From: Phormidesmis sp.
Lineage (GTDB): Bacteria > Cyanobacteriota > Cyanobacteriia > Leptolyngbyales > Leptolyngbyaceae
NCBI GenBank assembly: GCA_965248535.1
Contig: CBDFJR010000002.1
Location: 384,001 to 448,000, forward strand
Length of the DNA stretch: 64,000 nt
Reading direction: 5' to 3'
Shown: one piece after another, positions 1 to 9,986 of the stretch
Layout of the letters: each line of letters starts with the position of its first letter
Position numbering within the stretch: the first letter of the stretch is position 1
Made by a program: the position numbers and the translations under genes
The notes under the pieces: generated by a model
What the model saw: the letters and a program-made list of their open reading frames with translations, nothing else
Told to the model about the DNA's origin: nothing
Database searches by the model: none

Positions 1-315
1 ACTTAAGGTCAATGGTTTTTCGGCTAAGACGTGCAGGTTTTGCTCTAGAGCAGCCGTGATCAGAGAGAAATGAGTGTTGGCAGGAGTGGCGATCGCCACC
101 GCTTCAACCCCAGGGATTTTCAGGGCACTTTCAAAATCGTTGGTTAACACCCCGCGATCGTGAAGGTCAAACTGCTTGGCGGCTCTGGTCAGATTATCTG
201 GGTTGGGGTCAACCACAGCCACCACACGAGCGAGAGGGTTCTCTAAAAAGTTTCGCAACAAATGGGTTCCCCAGCGCCCCACTCCAACGATCGCCATTCC
301 AACTTGACCAGACAT
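1..315 (-). CDS. Gfo/Idh/MocA-family oxidoreductase, N-terminal part (runs off window start)
   Basis: Manual translation from ATG at 315: MSGQVGMAIVGVGRWGTHLLRNFLENPLARVVAVVDP, a Rossmann GxGxWG start; GAGGAG RBS upstream. Confidence 0.75.
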   Translation of the reverse strand, partial: MSGQVGMAIVGVGRWGTHLLRNFLENPLARVVAVVDPNPDNLTRAAKQFDLHDRGVLTNDFESALKIPGVEAVAIATPANTHFSLITAALEQNLHVLAEKPLTLS

Positions 316-358
316 TTACTCCTCCTCAAATTAAATTTAATTGAAAATTAAGCAGACC

Positions 359-1069
359 CTATTGACCACTCAACGCCAAAAATGCGATCTGGGCGGCGGC
401 TTGTTCGGCAGCTTTGCGCGATCGCCCGGTGCCCTGTGCCCAGCACTGCCCCTGAATCCACACTTCAGCCGTGAAGCGATCGGGGTCATTGTGAGTTTGT
501 CCATTCTCTTGAGTTCGATAGTCCGGCAGAGTTTTTTGATGAGCCTGAGTCCAGTTTTGCAGCGCGGCCTTATAGTTTTGTCGAGCCGGGTCTGCCAAGA
601 TTTCGGTCGCAAGCGGCTGAAAGTGGCGATCGAGCCAGGGTCGAATGAGTTCTAGGGTATGAGTGCTCAGGTAGAGCGCCGCTAAAACCGCCTCTAAAGA
701 GTCGGCCATGCGAGACTCTTGTCCCGCTACATCTGACATAGCGCTAGCAGAGACCAGCAGATAGCGATCGAACCCATACTCATTGGCGATGGTTGCCAGA
801 ATGCGATCGCTGACCAACACTGACCTCAACGCAGTGAACTCACCCACCTTTAAATGGGGATAGACTTCTAGCAAAAACTCAGCCGCACCGAGTTTGACAA
901 CCGCATCGCCTACAAATTCGAGTTGCTCATAGTTTTCTTCTGCCGAAATGGTGGAGTGCGTGAGCGCTAAATCCAGCAACTCCCACTTAATCGGGGCCGT
1001 TTCAAGCAAGCCCAATCTCTGAACCAATTGTCGTAGCTGCTGCTGACGACGGGGATACTGTAAATTCAT
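359..1069 (-). CDS. rnc: Ribonuclease III
   Basis: NYEQLEFVGDAV signature, ADSLEAVLAALYL, C-terminal dsRBD (GTGRSRKAAEQAAA). Confidence 0.95.
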   Translation of the reverse strand: MNLQYPRRQQQLRQLVQRLGLLETAPIKWELLDLALTHSTISAEENYEQLEFVGDAVVKLGAAEFLLEVYPHLKVGEFTALRSVLVSDRILATIANEYGFDRYLLVSASAMSDVAGQESRMADSLEAVLAALYLSTHTLELIRPWLDRHFQPLATEILADPARQNYKAALQNWTQAHQKTLPDYRTQENGQTHNDPDRFTAEVWIQGQCWAQGTGRSRKAAEQAAAQIAFLALSGQ

Positions 1070-1134
1070 CCTAAAGAATCGCAGAAGTGAAAGCCATCTT
1101 CTCCACCCTACCCTCTTTTTTGTCGGCCCTGCTC

Positions 1135-1752
1135 TTAAGCAGAGCGCAACACGGCATAAGTGCGTTGAATTTCACCGATGGTGGCAGTGGTTAAAAGAGG
1201 AACCTCAGTGGCTTTTTGCAGCGCCCTATTCAGCGTAATGGTTGTTACTTTTAGCTGGTCAGAATTGGGCAGAAACGCGGTGTAGCCTGATTTTTCTGGA
1301 TGCCAGTGCTGCGCTCTCACAGCATCGATCGTGCCTGGAAACACCCCCACCAACATGGCTAGCACGTCACTCGGCAGGCTAATCACAACCTGGCGACCAA
1401 AAAATTCTTCAAAGCCAGCCAAGAGTCGCTCTGCCCGCAGAGTCGGATCGGGGTTGTCAACAATTTTCTGCAACCATCTCCCCCATTGAATGCGTCGCCC
1501 ATAGGCTCGGCGGCGATCGTCAAGGGACTTAATTGAAATTAGCTGCGGTGACCCGATCGCAATCACGGCTCGATAGTGAGGCTCAACTAAGCTGCCAACC
1601 ACCGCGCCGGGGCCAGCAAACTCTGCGTGAAACTCCTTGCAGAGAATGAGTCCGCTCTTTTTTTGTTCGCTGATAGCTAGCAGGTGTTCAACGGGAAAGG
1701 GGCCCCCTGAACGGTTAGATGAAGCGATAAGAGTAGAAGATTGGCTATCCAC
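1135..1752 (-). CDS. Conserved cyanobacterial hypothetical protein, possibly degenerate Crp-like
   Basis: 205-aa ORF; AEFAGPGAVVG segment and HTH-like LAMLVGVFPGTI segment. Confidence 0.55.
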   Translation of the reverse strand: MDSQSSTLIASSNRSGGPFPVEHLLAISEQKKSGLILCKEFHAEFAGPGAVVGSLVEPHYRAVIAIGSPQLISIKSLDDRRRAYGRRIQWGRWLQKIVDNPDPTLRAERLLAGFEEFFGRQVVISLPSDVLAMLVGVFPGTIDAVRAQHWHPEKSGYTAFLPNSDQLKVTTITLNRALQKATEVPLLTTATIGEIQRTYAVLRSA

Positions 1753-2027
1753 GAACTGATATTAATGTTTGTTGGTAAAGCGAACGTCTTTAATTAGGAA
1801 GATGCTTGGGTCACCTCATCGTAGTGCAGGGCAAAAGCATGACGTTGCTTTGGTTAGAAGACTTTGCGGAATCTACACATTTCCTGAGCCAATCTTGAAG
1901 AATTTCAGGAAATCAGGTCTTCTGTCTGGGGGCGCAGATTTTTGCGGCATGAACCACGCTCAAAAACCTTCGACGCTGCCCGACTAGCCCGATCCGTTAA
2001 ATAACTAGATCAATCAATTAATTAATA

Positions 2028-2446
2028 GAGAAGAGCCAGACATAAGCCGGGTTCTGTTCTTTGAGCGCACTCAAAGGGCAGTTATCTATCTGGGACATCT
2101 GTTACCAAATGCCTCAAGCGGCTCTCTATAGCGGTAGCCATCCACCGCCATCACGCAGAACGGGAAAAAGACCAACCGTTGTTCTTTGACCTTGCTCCCA
2201 ACCGGGGTTTACCGAGCCAGCACCTCTCGATGCTGCTGGTGCGCTCTTACCGCACCTTTGCACCCTTACCAAGCGTGGTTTGAATGAGTCATTCGACCTG
2301 CGCCAGGCGGTATTTTTCTGTGGCACTATCCTCACGATCGCTCGCACTGGGCGTTATCCAGCAAGTTTGGTCTTTGGGGAGTCCGGACTTTCCTCAGGCT
2401 GATAGGCTAGGCCCACAGCCCGCAACTACCTGCGCTGACTCTTCTC
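2028..2446 (-). ncRNA. rnpB: RNase P RNA (class A)
   Basis: Minus strand contains GAGGAAAGTCCGG, GATAGTGCCACAGAAA and 3' AACAGAACCCGGCTTA; complementary ends GAGAAGAG/CTCTTCTC form P1. Confidence 0.97.
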
Positions 2447-2489
2447 CTCTCATAGTTTATACGCAGATGTTGAGGGTTGATGAGACAGG

Positions 2490-3173
2490 TTATTTGCGAG
2501 GGTTCCAAGGCAGTCCAGCGCTCCAGTCTAGTTTGGTGATGACTAGAGTGCAGATGATGCGAGTGCGATCGCCTGTCAGAGACGTGTTAGAACCCGCGAT
2601 TCGCATGGCTAAATAGAGCGAAAACTTTAGCTCTTCTTTGCTAGCCATGAAGTTTTTGTAGCGTTTTTTGGTCGCGTCGGGCGCTTTTTTATTAGGCTCG
2701 GTCAGATCGACGATCGTCTTATCTGTGTCTAGAACCCCACTGTCTCCTTTGCGAACCAGCGTATCTTCAGAGGCGATCTTCTCTTTTAGGGTTTTGCCAG
2801 GAGCAATCACGCTGAAGACTTGACTTTGAAATAGATCAAGAGTGCTGCCGGGAGGAAGTCGCGTGACGCGCCGCGATCGCCCGTCAAGGTCAGTGATTGA
2901 GCAATAATCCCAATCGATGTAAATAGGATGGTCTTCAGATTTGTTGTTGATGCTAATTGCTAGGTCTTTGAGAGATTTAAACTCATAGTGCGTGTCAAAC
3001 TTAAAGCTAACGCCAACAGTGTCTTGCAAGTGAAGGGCTTGAAGCTGTTGGTCTAAGTCGTCTTTATCTAACTGAATTGAAAACTCGTCGTTAAAAGAGT
3101 TGACGATCTGGTAGATCACAAACGTGACGCACAGAAGATAGATGGTTAATAGAACATAATCGATTTCAGTCAT
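2490..3173 (-). CDS. Hypothetical protein with N-terminal transmembrane anchor
   Basis: 227-aa ORF with hydrophobic N-terminus. Confidence 0.7.
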   Translation of the reverse strand: MTEIDYVLLTIYLLCVTFVIYQIVNSFNDEFSIQLDKDDLDQQLQALHLQDTVGVSFKFDTHYEFKSLKDLAISINNKSEDHPIYIDWDYCSITDLDGRSRRVTRLPPGSTLDLFQSQVFSVIAPGKTLKEKIASEDTLVRKGDSGVLDTDKTIVDLTEPNKKAPDATKKRYKNFMASKEELKFSLYLAMRIAGSNTSLTGDRTRIICTLVITKLDWSAGLPWNPRK

Positions 3174-3244
3174 CGTTGACCCTGCTAAACAAAAGACCTC
3201 AGACTGAGGGATTGTAGACCTTATACCATTTCAGACTCTAGATC

Positions 3245-3286
3245 AAACAAAAGCTCAACAAAGAATACAGTTTCTCGGTTGAGCTT
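3245..3286 (-). terminator. Probable intrinsic terminator downstream of the atpT-like gene
   Basis: Minus strand AAGCTCAAC...GTTGAGCTT stem followed by TTGTTT. Confidence 0.55.
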
Positions 3287-3333
3287 AACAGCACCAAATA
3301 GGATTTTGAAGTCATGCAGCCAGCGACCAGTCT

Positions 3334-3486
3334 CTACCAGTCTTCAGACTGCTTTTTGTTAGAAGTCTCACCTTCGTAGGGCTGAACCCCGGTTTCTGGA
3401 TAGGAATCGTCGTTTAGCCCAAAGATGCGCGTCAAGGCCCCAGAGACATAGCCGATTACATCTTTGATCACTCTAAGAAGGCTCAT
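3334..3486 (-). CDS. atpT: 50-aa small protein, probable ATP synthase inhibitor AtpTheta (Norf1) family
   Basis: MSLLRVIKDVIGYVSGALTRIFGLNDDSYPETGVQPYEG...: amphipathic helix then RIF-x3-DD-x-YP-x2-GVQP motif; GAGGT RBS before ATG 3486. Family recalled from memory. Confidence 0.6.
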   Translation of the reverse strand: MSLLRVIKDVIGYVSGALTRIFGLNDDSYPETGVQPYEGETSNKKQSEDW

Positions 3487-3691
3487 AGAATTCACCTCTA
3501 AGCTAAGTAGATTGGCTGAAGGAGCACCCGGCAATGTAGCGAGTTTGTAGCGAGTTTCTAGTGCTCTTCAGTTGATAGTAAGATTATGCACAATCTAATC
3601 AAGGGGCGATCGTAAAAGACTCAATTGTTTAGATATCTAGCGCCTTCTCAAATCGGTAAGATTAAGCTTTTCAAGAAGGATGCACGAGTCT

Positions 3692-4300
3692 TTAGTCTCG
3701 TCGCAACTCGTCGGGGATGCCGATCGCCGAAATGCCCGCGATCGCTCTTAAACTCTGACATCTCAACAATTCAATAAAACTGAGGGAACGCTTCTCAAAT
3801 TGGGCCACAGACTCGATCGCAGACAGCAAATAACCCGCTGCATCTGCTTCGCTATAGCCCCGTCGTTGAGCCACCTGAAGAGCTTTTTCATCGGCATCCA
3901 GTTCAATGCTTGTGCTGTGGTTGCTGCGCCAGATTTGAGTGGCGGCGATCGCGCTCAAAGCACTAGCGGCGGCAACGCCCACAAAATCCTGCTGCATGAG
4001 TTCCACCCCAGTGCCTAACAGCCCGGCAGCCACCAGTCCAAAATTAAGATTGGGCTGAAACCATTTAACTGCGCCTAACCAGTGAACCGTCCGCAAGATC
4101 AGCAAATCTCGCTGCGATCGCGATAGCCGACTCCAGAAATCGAAGTTGATGTAGATGGGACGATCGCGCACCCACGGCATTGGAAATGGGGCATCAATCA
4201 CCCGCCGTTGCTCTGGCTTGCTCACAAGTTTGGTCGTCATTCGCCCCGAAGCTGGCATCACATCCAGCAGGCGACGAATTTCTGGCTCTGGGTTGATCAT
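3692..4300 (-). CDS. DUF3318-like cyanobacterial protein
   Basis: EIRRLLDVMPASGRM start and ELDADEKAL...RRGY motifs. Confidence 0.75.
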   Translation of the reverse strand: MINPEPEIRRLLDVMPASGRMTTKLVSKPEQRRVIDAPFPMPWVRDRPIYINFDFWSRLSRSQRDLLILRTVHWLGAVKWFQPNLNFGLVAAGLLGTGVELMQQDFVGVAAASALSAIAATQIWRSNHSTSIELDADEKALQVAQRRGYSEADAAGYLLSAIESVAQFEKRSLSFIELLRCQSLRAIAGISAIGIPDELRRD

Positions 4301-4400
4301 TGTCTGATTTTAAGGCAACCGGGAAACGATCGAGGGTAATGGGCTTAACCTTTGGCAAAAACTTGCTGAGAAAACTTAATTGCCCCCGATCGCTTCAGCC

Positions 4401-4529
4401 TCACTGACCCAAAACCAGCAGATCAGGCGAAACCCGGTTGATCAAAATAAACGCAGTCAGCAACAGACTGCTAGAGACCACCGCTAACACAGCAGCATTA
4501 GACAAAAACTTTAACAATGCAGAGGGCAT
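4401..4529 (-). CDS. Divergent PsaJ-like small membrane protein (42 aa)
   Basis: Manual translation MPSALLKFLSNAAVLAVVSSSLLLTAFILINRVSPDLLVLGQ; AGGAG RBS; gapless 15/41 identity to the neighbouring PsaJ. Confidence 0.75.
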   Translation of the reverse strand: MPSALLKFLSNAAVLAVVSSSLLLTAFILINRVSPDLLVLGQ

Positions 4530-4676
4530 AGCAAAATCTCCTAGAGAATTAACTTACCCATCTTGAGAGTTATTAATTAGCTGAACATCCTGATTAAGCA
4601 TGACCTTAAGTTACGTCTCAAGATATAGGAACTTCCCAGATTGGATCGGGTGATGAGGGCCCGATCAAGTCAGATC

Positions 4677-4711
4677 AAAAAAAGCCCGCAACCTTGATCA
4701 AGACTGCGAGC
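4677..4711 (-). terminator. Intrinsic terminator after psaFJ
   Basis: Minus strand GCTCGCAGTCTTG-AT-CAAGGTTGCGGGC followed by T7. Confidence 0.8.
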
Positions 4712-4759
4712 CTAACGCTTTTATAGAATTAATCTCTAAGTTGAGAGATTTTAGAAACC

Positions 4760-4885
4760 TTACAATGGGTGAAAGAGTAAGTCAGGAAAAAAGCGATTGA
4801 ACTCGATCAAAATGCCAGCCGTGATGGTCATCCAAACTGCCATCAAAACAGGCGCGGTCGAGAGATATTTAAGGAAATACTGCAT
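4760..4885 (-). CDS. psaJ: Photosystem I subunit IX PsaJ
   Basis: Manual translation [49 protein letters not shown]; directly downstream of psaF. Confidence 0.97.
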   Translation of the reverse strand: MQYFLKYLSTAPVLMAVWMTITAGILIEFNRFFPDLLFHPL

Positions 4886-4978
4886 CGATTAGCCTCCAAA
4901 GACAAAAAGTGAAAATCAGCAGGGGTTAACTGCTGAAGTGCCGATCTAGATCTAAAAGAAAAGTCCTCTAGAAATGAG

Positions 4979-5467
4979 TTAGCGAGGTGACACGGTGATT
5001 TTGTCGTCGCTCTCAGTGAGTTCGCCAGAGAGAAGCTCTTTCACAGCCAACAGGGGCCAAAAAGCGCCACCAATCATGCACTTGATCGCCAAAGGCACAT
5101 CAATGATGATTTCCTTCTCTTCGGGGTTGCTGTCCTTCTTAATCGCTTGCAGATAGGTGCGACCCGCCCAGCCGATCCAACCTGTGATCAGAAGAAACAG
5201 AATACTAGGGATGAGAAATTCTCCAGCGTGGCTGAGACTGCCATCTACGATTAGATGAGGCAGCCCATCATCTTGACCGCAAAGCAGCCCAGATTTTGCA
5301 TAGAAGTCAAACCGTTGAGGTGCGGTTGCACTGACGGAATCCTTCGCACGTTGGGCAAATGCAGCCGACTCGCTGCAAGGAACTAAGTTATAAGCGTGGG
5401 CTGGCTCAGGAGCGACGAAGCCAAACCACAAAGACACGACGAGAACTAGAGCAAACAACCGTTGCAT
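4979..5467 (-). CDS. psaF: Photosystem I subunit III PsaF
   Basis: [47 protein letters not shown]; likely start MQRLFALVL at 5467. Confidence 0.96.
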   Translation of the reverse strand: MQRLFALVLVVSLWFGFVAPEPAHAYNLVPCSESAAFAQRAKDSVSATAPQRFDFYAKSGLLCGQDDGLPHLIVDGSLSHAGEFLIPSILFLLITGWIGWAGRTYLQAIKKDSNPEEKEIIIDVPLAIKCMIGGAFWPLLAVKELLSGELTESDDKITVSPR

Positions 5468-5631
5468 GGAATTGTTTCCCTTTATTAAGAAGAGTGAACG
5501 ATGCAAAAAGATGAGACTTTTTGTAGGACTGAATTCTCTAAACTGGGCGGGGTTCTAAAGGTGATTAGACCTGCTCAGACAGAGTTTAAGCTACTGTTAA
5601 ATAGCCCATTCCTTCAAAAAACTACCAGCAA

Positions 5632-6699
5632 ATGGCAACGGTTTTAGCAATTGAAACAAGTTGTGACGAAACGGCGGTAGCGATCGTTAAAAATCGTCAC
5701 GTCCTGAGCAGCATTGTCTCGTCTCAGATTGCCATTCATCGTCCATATGGGGGCGTGGTGCCAGAGGTGGCTTCGCGTCAGCACGTCGAAATGGTCAACT
5801 GGGCGATCGCGCACTCCCTCAAGGATGCGAATCTCGATTGGCCAGAGATTGATGCGATCGCCGCCACTTGCGCGCCGGGGTTAGTCGGAGCACTGTTAGT
5901 GGGCTTGACGGCAGCCAAAACGCTGGCACTGGTTCACCAAAAGCCTTTAGTAGGCGTTCATCATCTAGAGGGGCACATCTACGCTTCTTATTTGACTGAT
6001 CCAACGTTAGAACCGCCCTTTCTCTGCTTGCTGGTGTCGGGCGGTCACACGAGTCTGATTTATGTCAAAGCCTGCGGGGTGTATGAGATTTTGGGACAGA
6101 CCCGCGACGATGCAGCAGGAGAAGCCTTTGATAAAGTGGCGCGGTTGCTGAAGTTGGGCTATCCGGGCGGCCCAATTCTCGATCGTCTGGCGGCAGAGGG
6201 CAATCCCAAAGCGTTTCCGCTGCCAGAAGGAAAAGTGTCGCGTCCCGAAGGCGGTTTTCATCCCTATGACTCTAGCTTTAGTGGTCTCAAAACAGCCGTG
6301 CTGAGATTGACCCAAACCCTTGAGCAAGGGGGTCAGCCGATGCCTGTCAACGACATCGCGGCTAGCTTTCAGGCAACAGTCGTCAAGGCGCTCACCAAAC
6401 GAACGATCGCTTGTGCGTTGGATTATGGATTGAGCACGATCGTGGTCGGCGGTGGCGTAGCGGCCAATAGTGGGTTGCGGCAACACCTGCAAGCGGCGGC
6501 AACTCAGCGCAATTTGCGGGTGCTGTTTCCGCCCATGAAATTCTGCACTGACAACGCCGCCATGATTGGCTGTGCGGCCGCAGAGCATTTTGAGCGCGGC
6601 CACCGCTCACCTTTGACGCTAGGGGCGCAGTCACGATTGCCCGTCTCAGAGGTAATGCAGCTTTATCGATCTAATAACAATTCCCACTCTGCGGTCTGA
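5632..6699 (+). CDS. tsaD: tRNA t6A threonylcarbamoyltransferase
   Basis: [34 protein letters not shown]. Confidence 0.97.
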   Translation: MATVLAIETSCDETAVAIVKNRHVLSSIVSSQIAIHRPYGGVVPEVASRQHVEMVNWAIAHSLKDANLDWPEIDAIAATCAPGLVGALLVGLTAAKTLALVHQKPLVGVHHLEGHIYASYLTDPTLEPPFLCLLVSGGHTSLIYVKACGVYEILGQTRDDAAGEAFDKVARLLKLGYPGGPILDRLAAEGNPKAFPLPEGKVSRPEGGFHPYDSSFSGLKTAVLRLTQTLEQGGQPMPVNDIAASFQATVVKALTKRTIACALDYGLSTIVVGGGVAANSGLRQHLQAAATQRNLRVLFPPMKFCTDNAAMIGCAAAEHFERGHRSPLTLGAQSRLPVSEVMQLYRSNNNSHSAV

Positions 6700-7253
6700 C
6701 TATTCCAACTCGGTTGGGCCGTTTCTCCGACCACATAGGGGCCCCAATAGCGCTGTGACCCATCTTGAGCAAAGGCAACGACAATATCGCCTTTTTTAAG
6801 GGTAACGCTACGATCGGGCAAGGATACTAACAGCCCTTTTTCGCTGCCTTCGCTGGGTGAAAAATCCCAATGCACAGGAGCACCAAACCCAGCCGGAGTC
6901 GTCTCGCCAGATTTCGCTTGGGTGGTTTTGGGCTGGTGAGAAAGCAGCGCCACTCGTAGGGGATGACTGGATCGGTTGCTAACGCGCAAGGTGCCTTGGC
7001 GGGCGGCTGCCATCGCCGGATCGGGCTTGTTAGGGGAAGGAGCTAGGTTAGCAGGTTGCCCCGGTGTCTCGGAGGGGTTTTGCTCTCCTGCCTGCAAAGG
7101 GTCGGTTTTGATAATGGGAATCGAGTCAGGGGCAGTGACTCCGACTTCGATTTGAAATCGTTTTGACACCAGCCAGCCACCGACTATCAAAACAGCCACC
7201 GCTAACGCAATTTTAACCGCAGGGTTCCCTTTTGCCTTCATCTCGTTCATCAA
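6663..7253 (-). CDS. Hypothetical membrane-anchored protein
   Basis: 196-aa ORF, N-terminal TM, C-terminal [18 protein letters not shown]. Confidence 0.7.
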   Translation of the reverse strand: MMNEMKAKGNPAVKIALAVAVLIVGGWLVSKRFQIEVGVTAPDSIPIIKTDPLQAGEQNPSETPGQPANLAPSPNKPDPAMAAARQGTLRVSNRSSHPLRVALLSHQPKTTQAKSGETTPAGFGAPVHWDFSPSEGSEKGLLVSLPDRSVTLKKGDIVVAFAQDGSQRYWGPYVVGETAQPSWNSQTAEWELLLDR

Positions 7254-7280
7254 CCCCGCATCCTCATTCTTCTATTCTAG

Positions 7281-8747
7281 CTAACTCGGCGGGAGACCCC
7301 ACACCAAACGAAGCGTTATGGTGTGGGATGAAAGCCAGGGCGTTGACGAGTTGTGTCCTTGACTATTGCTTAACGATGTTGCGCCAAGGCTTGGACACGA
7401 GTGTTTCGCCCCACTTCGTGAGGAGGAAACGCCACTGTCTCAGGCGCTCTAGCAAAATTGTTAATTGGGTTAGAATCGCGGAATGTTGAGCCTGACTTAC
7501 ACTTACCGAATCTATCCAGACCTCATCCAGGAAGCTGAAATGCTGTTCTGGTTGGAGCAATGTCGCAAGGTCTACAACTTTGCCTTGCGAGAGCGCAAAG
7601 ACTGGATGAATTCGCGCCAGTGCGCCGTCAACGCTTGCAGCCTCAGAGCGGAATTTATCATTCCAGCCAACGCACCCTATCCCGACTACTACAAACAAAA
7701 GAAAGCCCTGACTCAAGCCAAGAAAGAACGTCCAGACCTTCAGAAAGTCGATGCCCAAGTGTTGCAAGACATCCTGAAACGACTAGACAAGTCTTTCAAG
7801 TTCATGAAAGCGCGAGAATTTGGTTTCCCGCGCTTCAAAAAGTTTGGTCAGATTCGCTCGTTTGTGTTTCCGCAGTTCAAGGCAAGCCCACTCCGAGGGA
7901 CTCAGATTAAGCTGCCGAAGGTGGGATTGGTGCCCATCAACTTGCATCGTCCCCTTCCCGATGGGTTCGACCTCAAGCAAGTGCGCGTGGTGAAGAAAGC
8001 ATCGGGATGGTACGCCCAACTGATTCTGCAATGTGAGGTTCAAGTGCCCGATATTTTGCCCCATGGTGAACCCATCGGCATTGATTTAGGTTTGGAAAAG
8101 TTCTTGGCGGTTTCGACCGGAGCGTTGATTCAACGACCCCGCTTCTTTGTGGACTTGCAAGGCAAGCTGAAATGGCTGCAACGCAAATTGAGAAACAAAA
8201 AACAGGGTTCTGCGAACTACCGGAAAGTACAAGCCAAGATTCGACGATTGCACGAACAGATTCACGACACGCGGAGAGAGTTCCATTTTCAAACGGCTCA
8301 CCAGCTTTGTGATCAGGTTGGCATGATCTTTGCCGAAGACCTCAACCTCAAAATGATGAGTCGAGGGATGTTGGCAAAGCATTGTCTCGATGCTGCATGG
8401 GGTGGCTTCCTCAACATCCTGGAATGGGTGAGTTGGAAGCGCGGGGTGTTCTTCGCCCAGGTAGACCCCAACGGGACGAGTCAAACTTGCCCCAACTGCG
8501 GAGCGCATACCGGGAAGAAAGAACTGAGTGAGCGGGTGCATAAGTGTGGGGAGTGTGGATATGTCACCGACCGAGATGTAGCTGCTGCCCAAGTGGTAGT
8601 GCAGCGTGGACTTGTAGCGGTGGGACACACCGTGATACTGCCTGTGGAGGAAGGTTGCCTGGGAACCCCGATGAAGCAGGAAACCTCAAAGTCGACTTTG
8701 AGAAGCCCACTCCATACCGCCTAGCGGTTGGGGGGGGAGGATGTCAC
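7281..8747 (+). mobile_element. IS200/IS605-family (IS1341-like) element with tnpB and no intact tnpA
   Basis: Left hairpin CCCACACCA...TGGTGTGGG (7298-7327); related right hairpin 8705-8738 ending in ATGTCAC; left boundary approximate. Confidence 0.8.
7483..8724 (+). CDS. tnpB: RNA-guided endonuclease TnpB
   Basis: YTYRIYP N-terminus; RuvC GIDLG, AEDL, DRDVAAA; zinc finger CPNCG...CGECG. Confidence 0.95.
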   Translation: MLSLTYTYRIYPDLIQEAEMLFWLEQCRKVYNFALRERKDWMNSRQCAVNACSLRAEFIIPANAPYPDYYKQKKALTQAKKERPDLQKVDAQVLQDILKRLDKSFKFMKAREFGFPRFKKFGQIRSFVFPQFKASPLRGTQIKLPKVGLVPINLHRPLPDGFDLKQVRVVKKASGWYAQLILQCEVQVPDILPHGEPIGIDLGLEKFLAVSTGALIQRPRFFVDLQGKLKWLQRKLRNKKQGSANYRKVQAKIRRLHEQIHDTRREFHFQTAHQLCDQVGMIFAEDLNLKMMSRGMLAKHCLDAAWGGFLNILEWVSWKRGVFFAQVDPNGTSQTCPNCGAHTGKKELSERVHKCGECGYVTDRDVAAAQVVVQRGLVAVGHTVILPVEEGCLGTPMKQETSKSTLRSPLHTA

Positions 8748-8782
8748 TGATAGCAATCTCTGGCGCGATCGAGAGATTTTTT

Positions 8783-9944
8783 GGGAGCATGTCAGTTTTG
8801 CAGGTTGATGTTAGAGGGTCAACAAATCATTGAGATAGGCACAACGGTGAGCCAGAACTTGAGGAACATTCTCCTGATTCCACTGTGCTCCTGAAATCTT
8901 AGTGCGTCGGCTAATCTGCTTGACGGTTGATTCCACTGCGCCCGAACCAATGGAACAAATCTGCTCGCTCTGGTAGTACTCATAGTTGACAATGCGATGC
9001 CGATGTTTCCGCAGATAGGTACAGAAGTTTGCTGCCTGTTTCCGGTTGCAGTCTGCAAACAGAGTTAGGGTATCATCGACATTCCCCTTCCACAGCAAGG
9101 CTCTGGCTTGGTCTAAGCGTTGCCTTGCCCCCCCGACCTTCTCAAGATTCTCCATCAGGTGATACCAATCAAGGATTTCTCGTCGCTCAGGGTCAGGAGC
9201 CATCGGTTTGATCAAATTCCAGACCCCATCGTGTCCATCCCCTAAACAGGTTAATGGAGAGTTCAACGGTTGTTGGCGCACCCAATCAATCAACTGCTGA
9301 TTGTCTTGAAAACAAGCACCTGTCGCAAACTCATGCAGTCGAACCGCTTTGTAGTCCTGCCAGCGACATTCTTCTCCGACGGGGGTTCTGATGCGAATCT
9401 TGCCGCCATCCGCACTTAACTCTTCGATGGGTTGCCCACTTTGCGGCAATTCAAAGGTTTGACGATGCACTAAGCGTTGCTGTGTTTTGGCAGGGACGCG
9501 AATTCCGGTGAACAACTCGATATCCTTCTCAGTGTGTTCGTAAGAGACATTTGCACTCACCCGCAAACAGCACATTTCTAGATAAGGACTCAAGCGAGTG
9601 TGGCAAACAACCCCTAACTGCTGGGCTTGCCCACGGGTCAGACTCAGTTCTCCAAGGATACTTTTAACCGTGCGAGAGCGTCCTACGGTTGTTCCTGTGC
9701 TCGTTGTGATAAAAAAACTCCCACTTCTGGCATCACGTATTTCTGCATCTGTTCCCGCACAGCTTGCTCAATCCCTCCCAGCGTTTTTAACTGTTCGGAA
9801 GGCGTATTCTTGTAGAGGATTCTAGCGATGGCTTGAACATGTTCTTGTAAGGCTTGTTCTTCTGCGGGTGTCATGGCGATGTCTAGGTATCAACCCTCTT
9901 ATTTTTGCGCTTTCGCTAGACTTTTGCAAAAGTGACATGCTCCC
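8783..9944 (-). mobile_element. ISKra4-family insertion sequence, 1162 bp
   Basis: Terminal IRs GGGAGCATGTCA(G/C)TTTTGCA; 8-bp target duplication GATTTTTT at 8775-8782 and 9945-9952. Confidence 0.9.
8811..9874 (-). CDS. ISKra4-family transposase, two ORFs joined by probable -1 frameshift
   Basis: orfA 9683-9874 plus orfB with DGGK, LGDGHDGVW, LDWYHL, IGSGAVES; T7 run (minus strand) at 9711-9717. Confidence 0.85.
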
Positions 9945-9986
9945 GATTTTTTTTGGTAACTTGAGTCTTAACCTGGTTGCTTTTTT

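Noticed and set aside
2126..2616. ORFs 2126-2347 and 2284-2616
   Set aside because: They overlap rnpB and are spurious
7483..8724. TnpB as a nuclease-dead regulator (TldR) or Cas12
   Set aside because: Catalytic triad intact, IS ends present, no CRISPR array, and no second guide match noticed in the window
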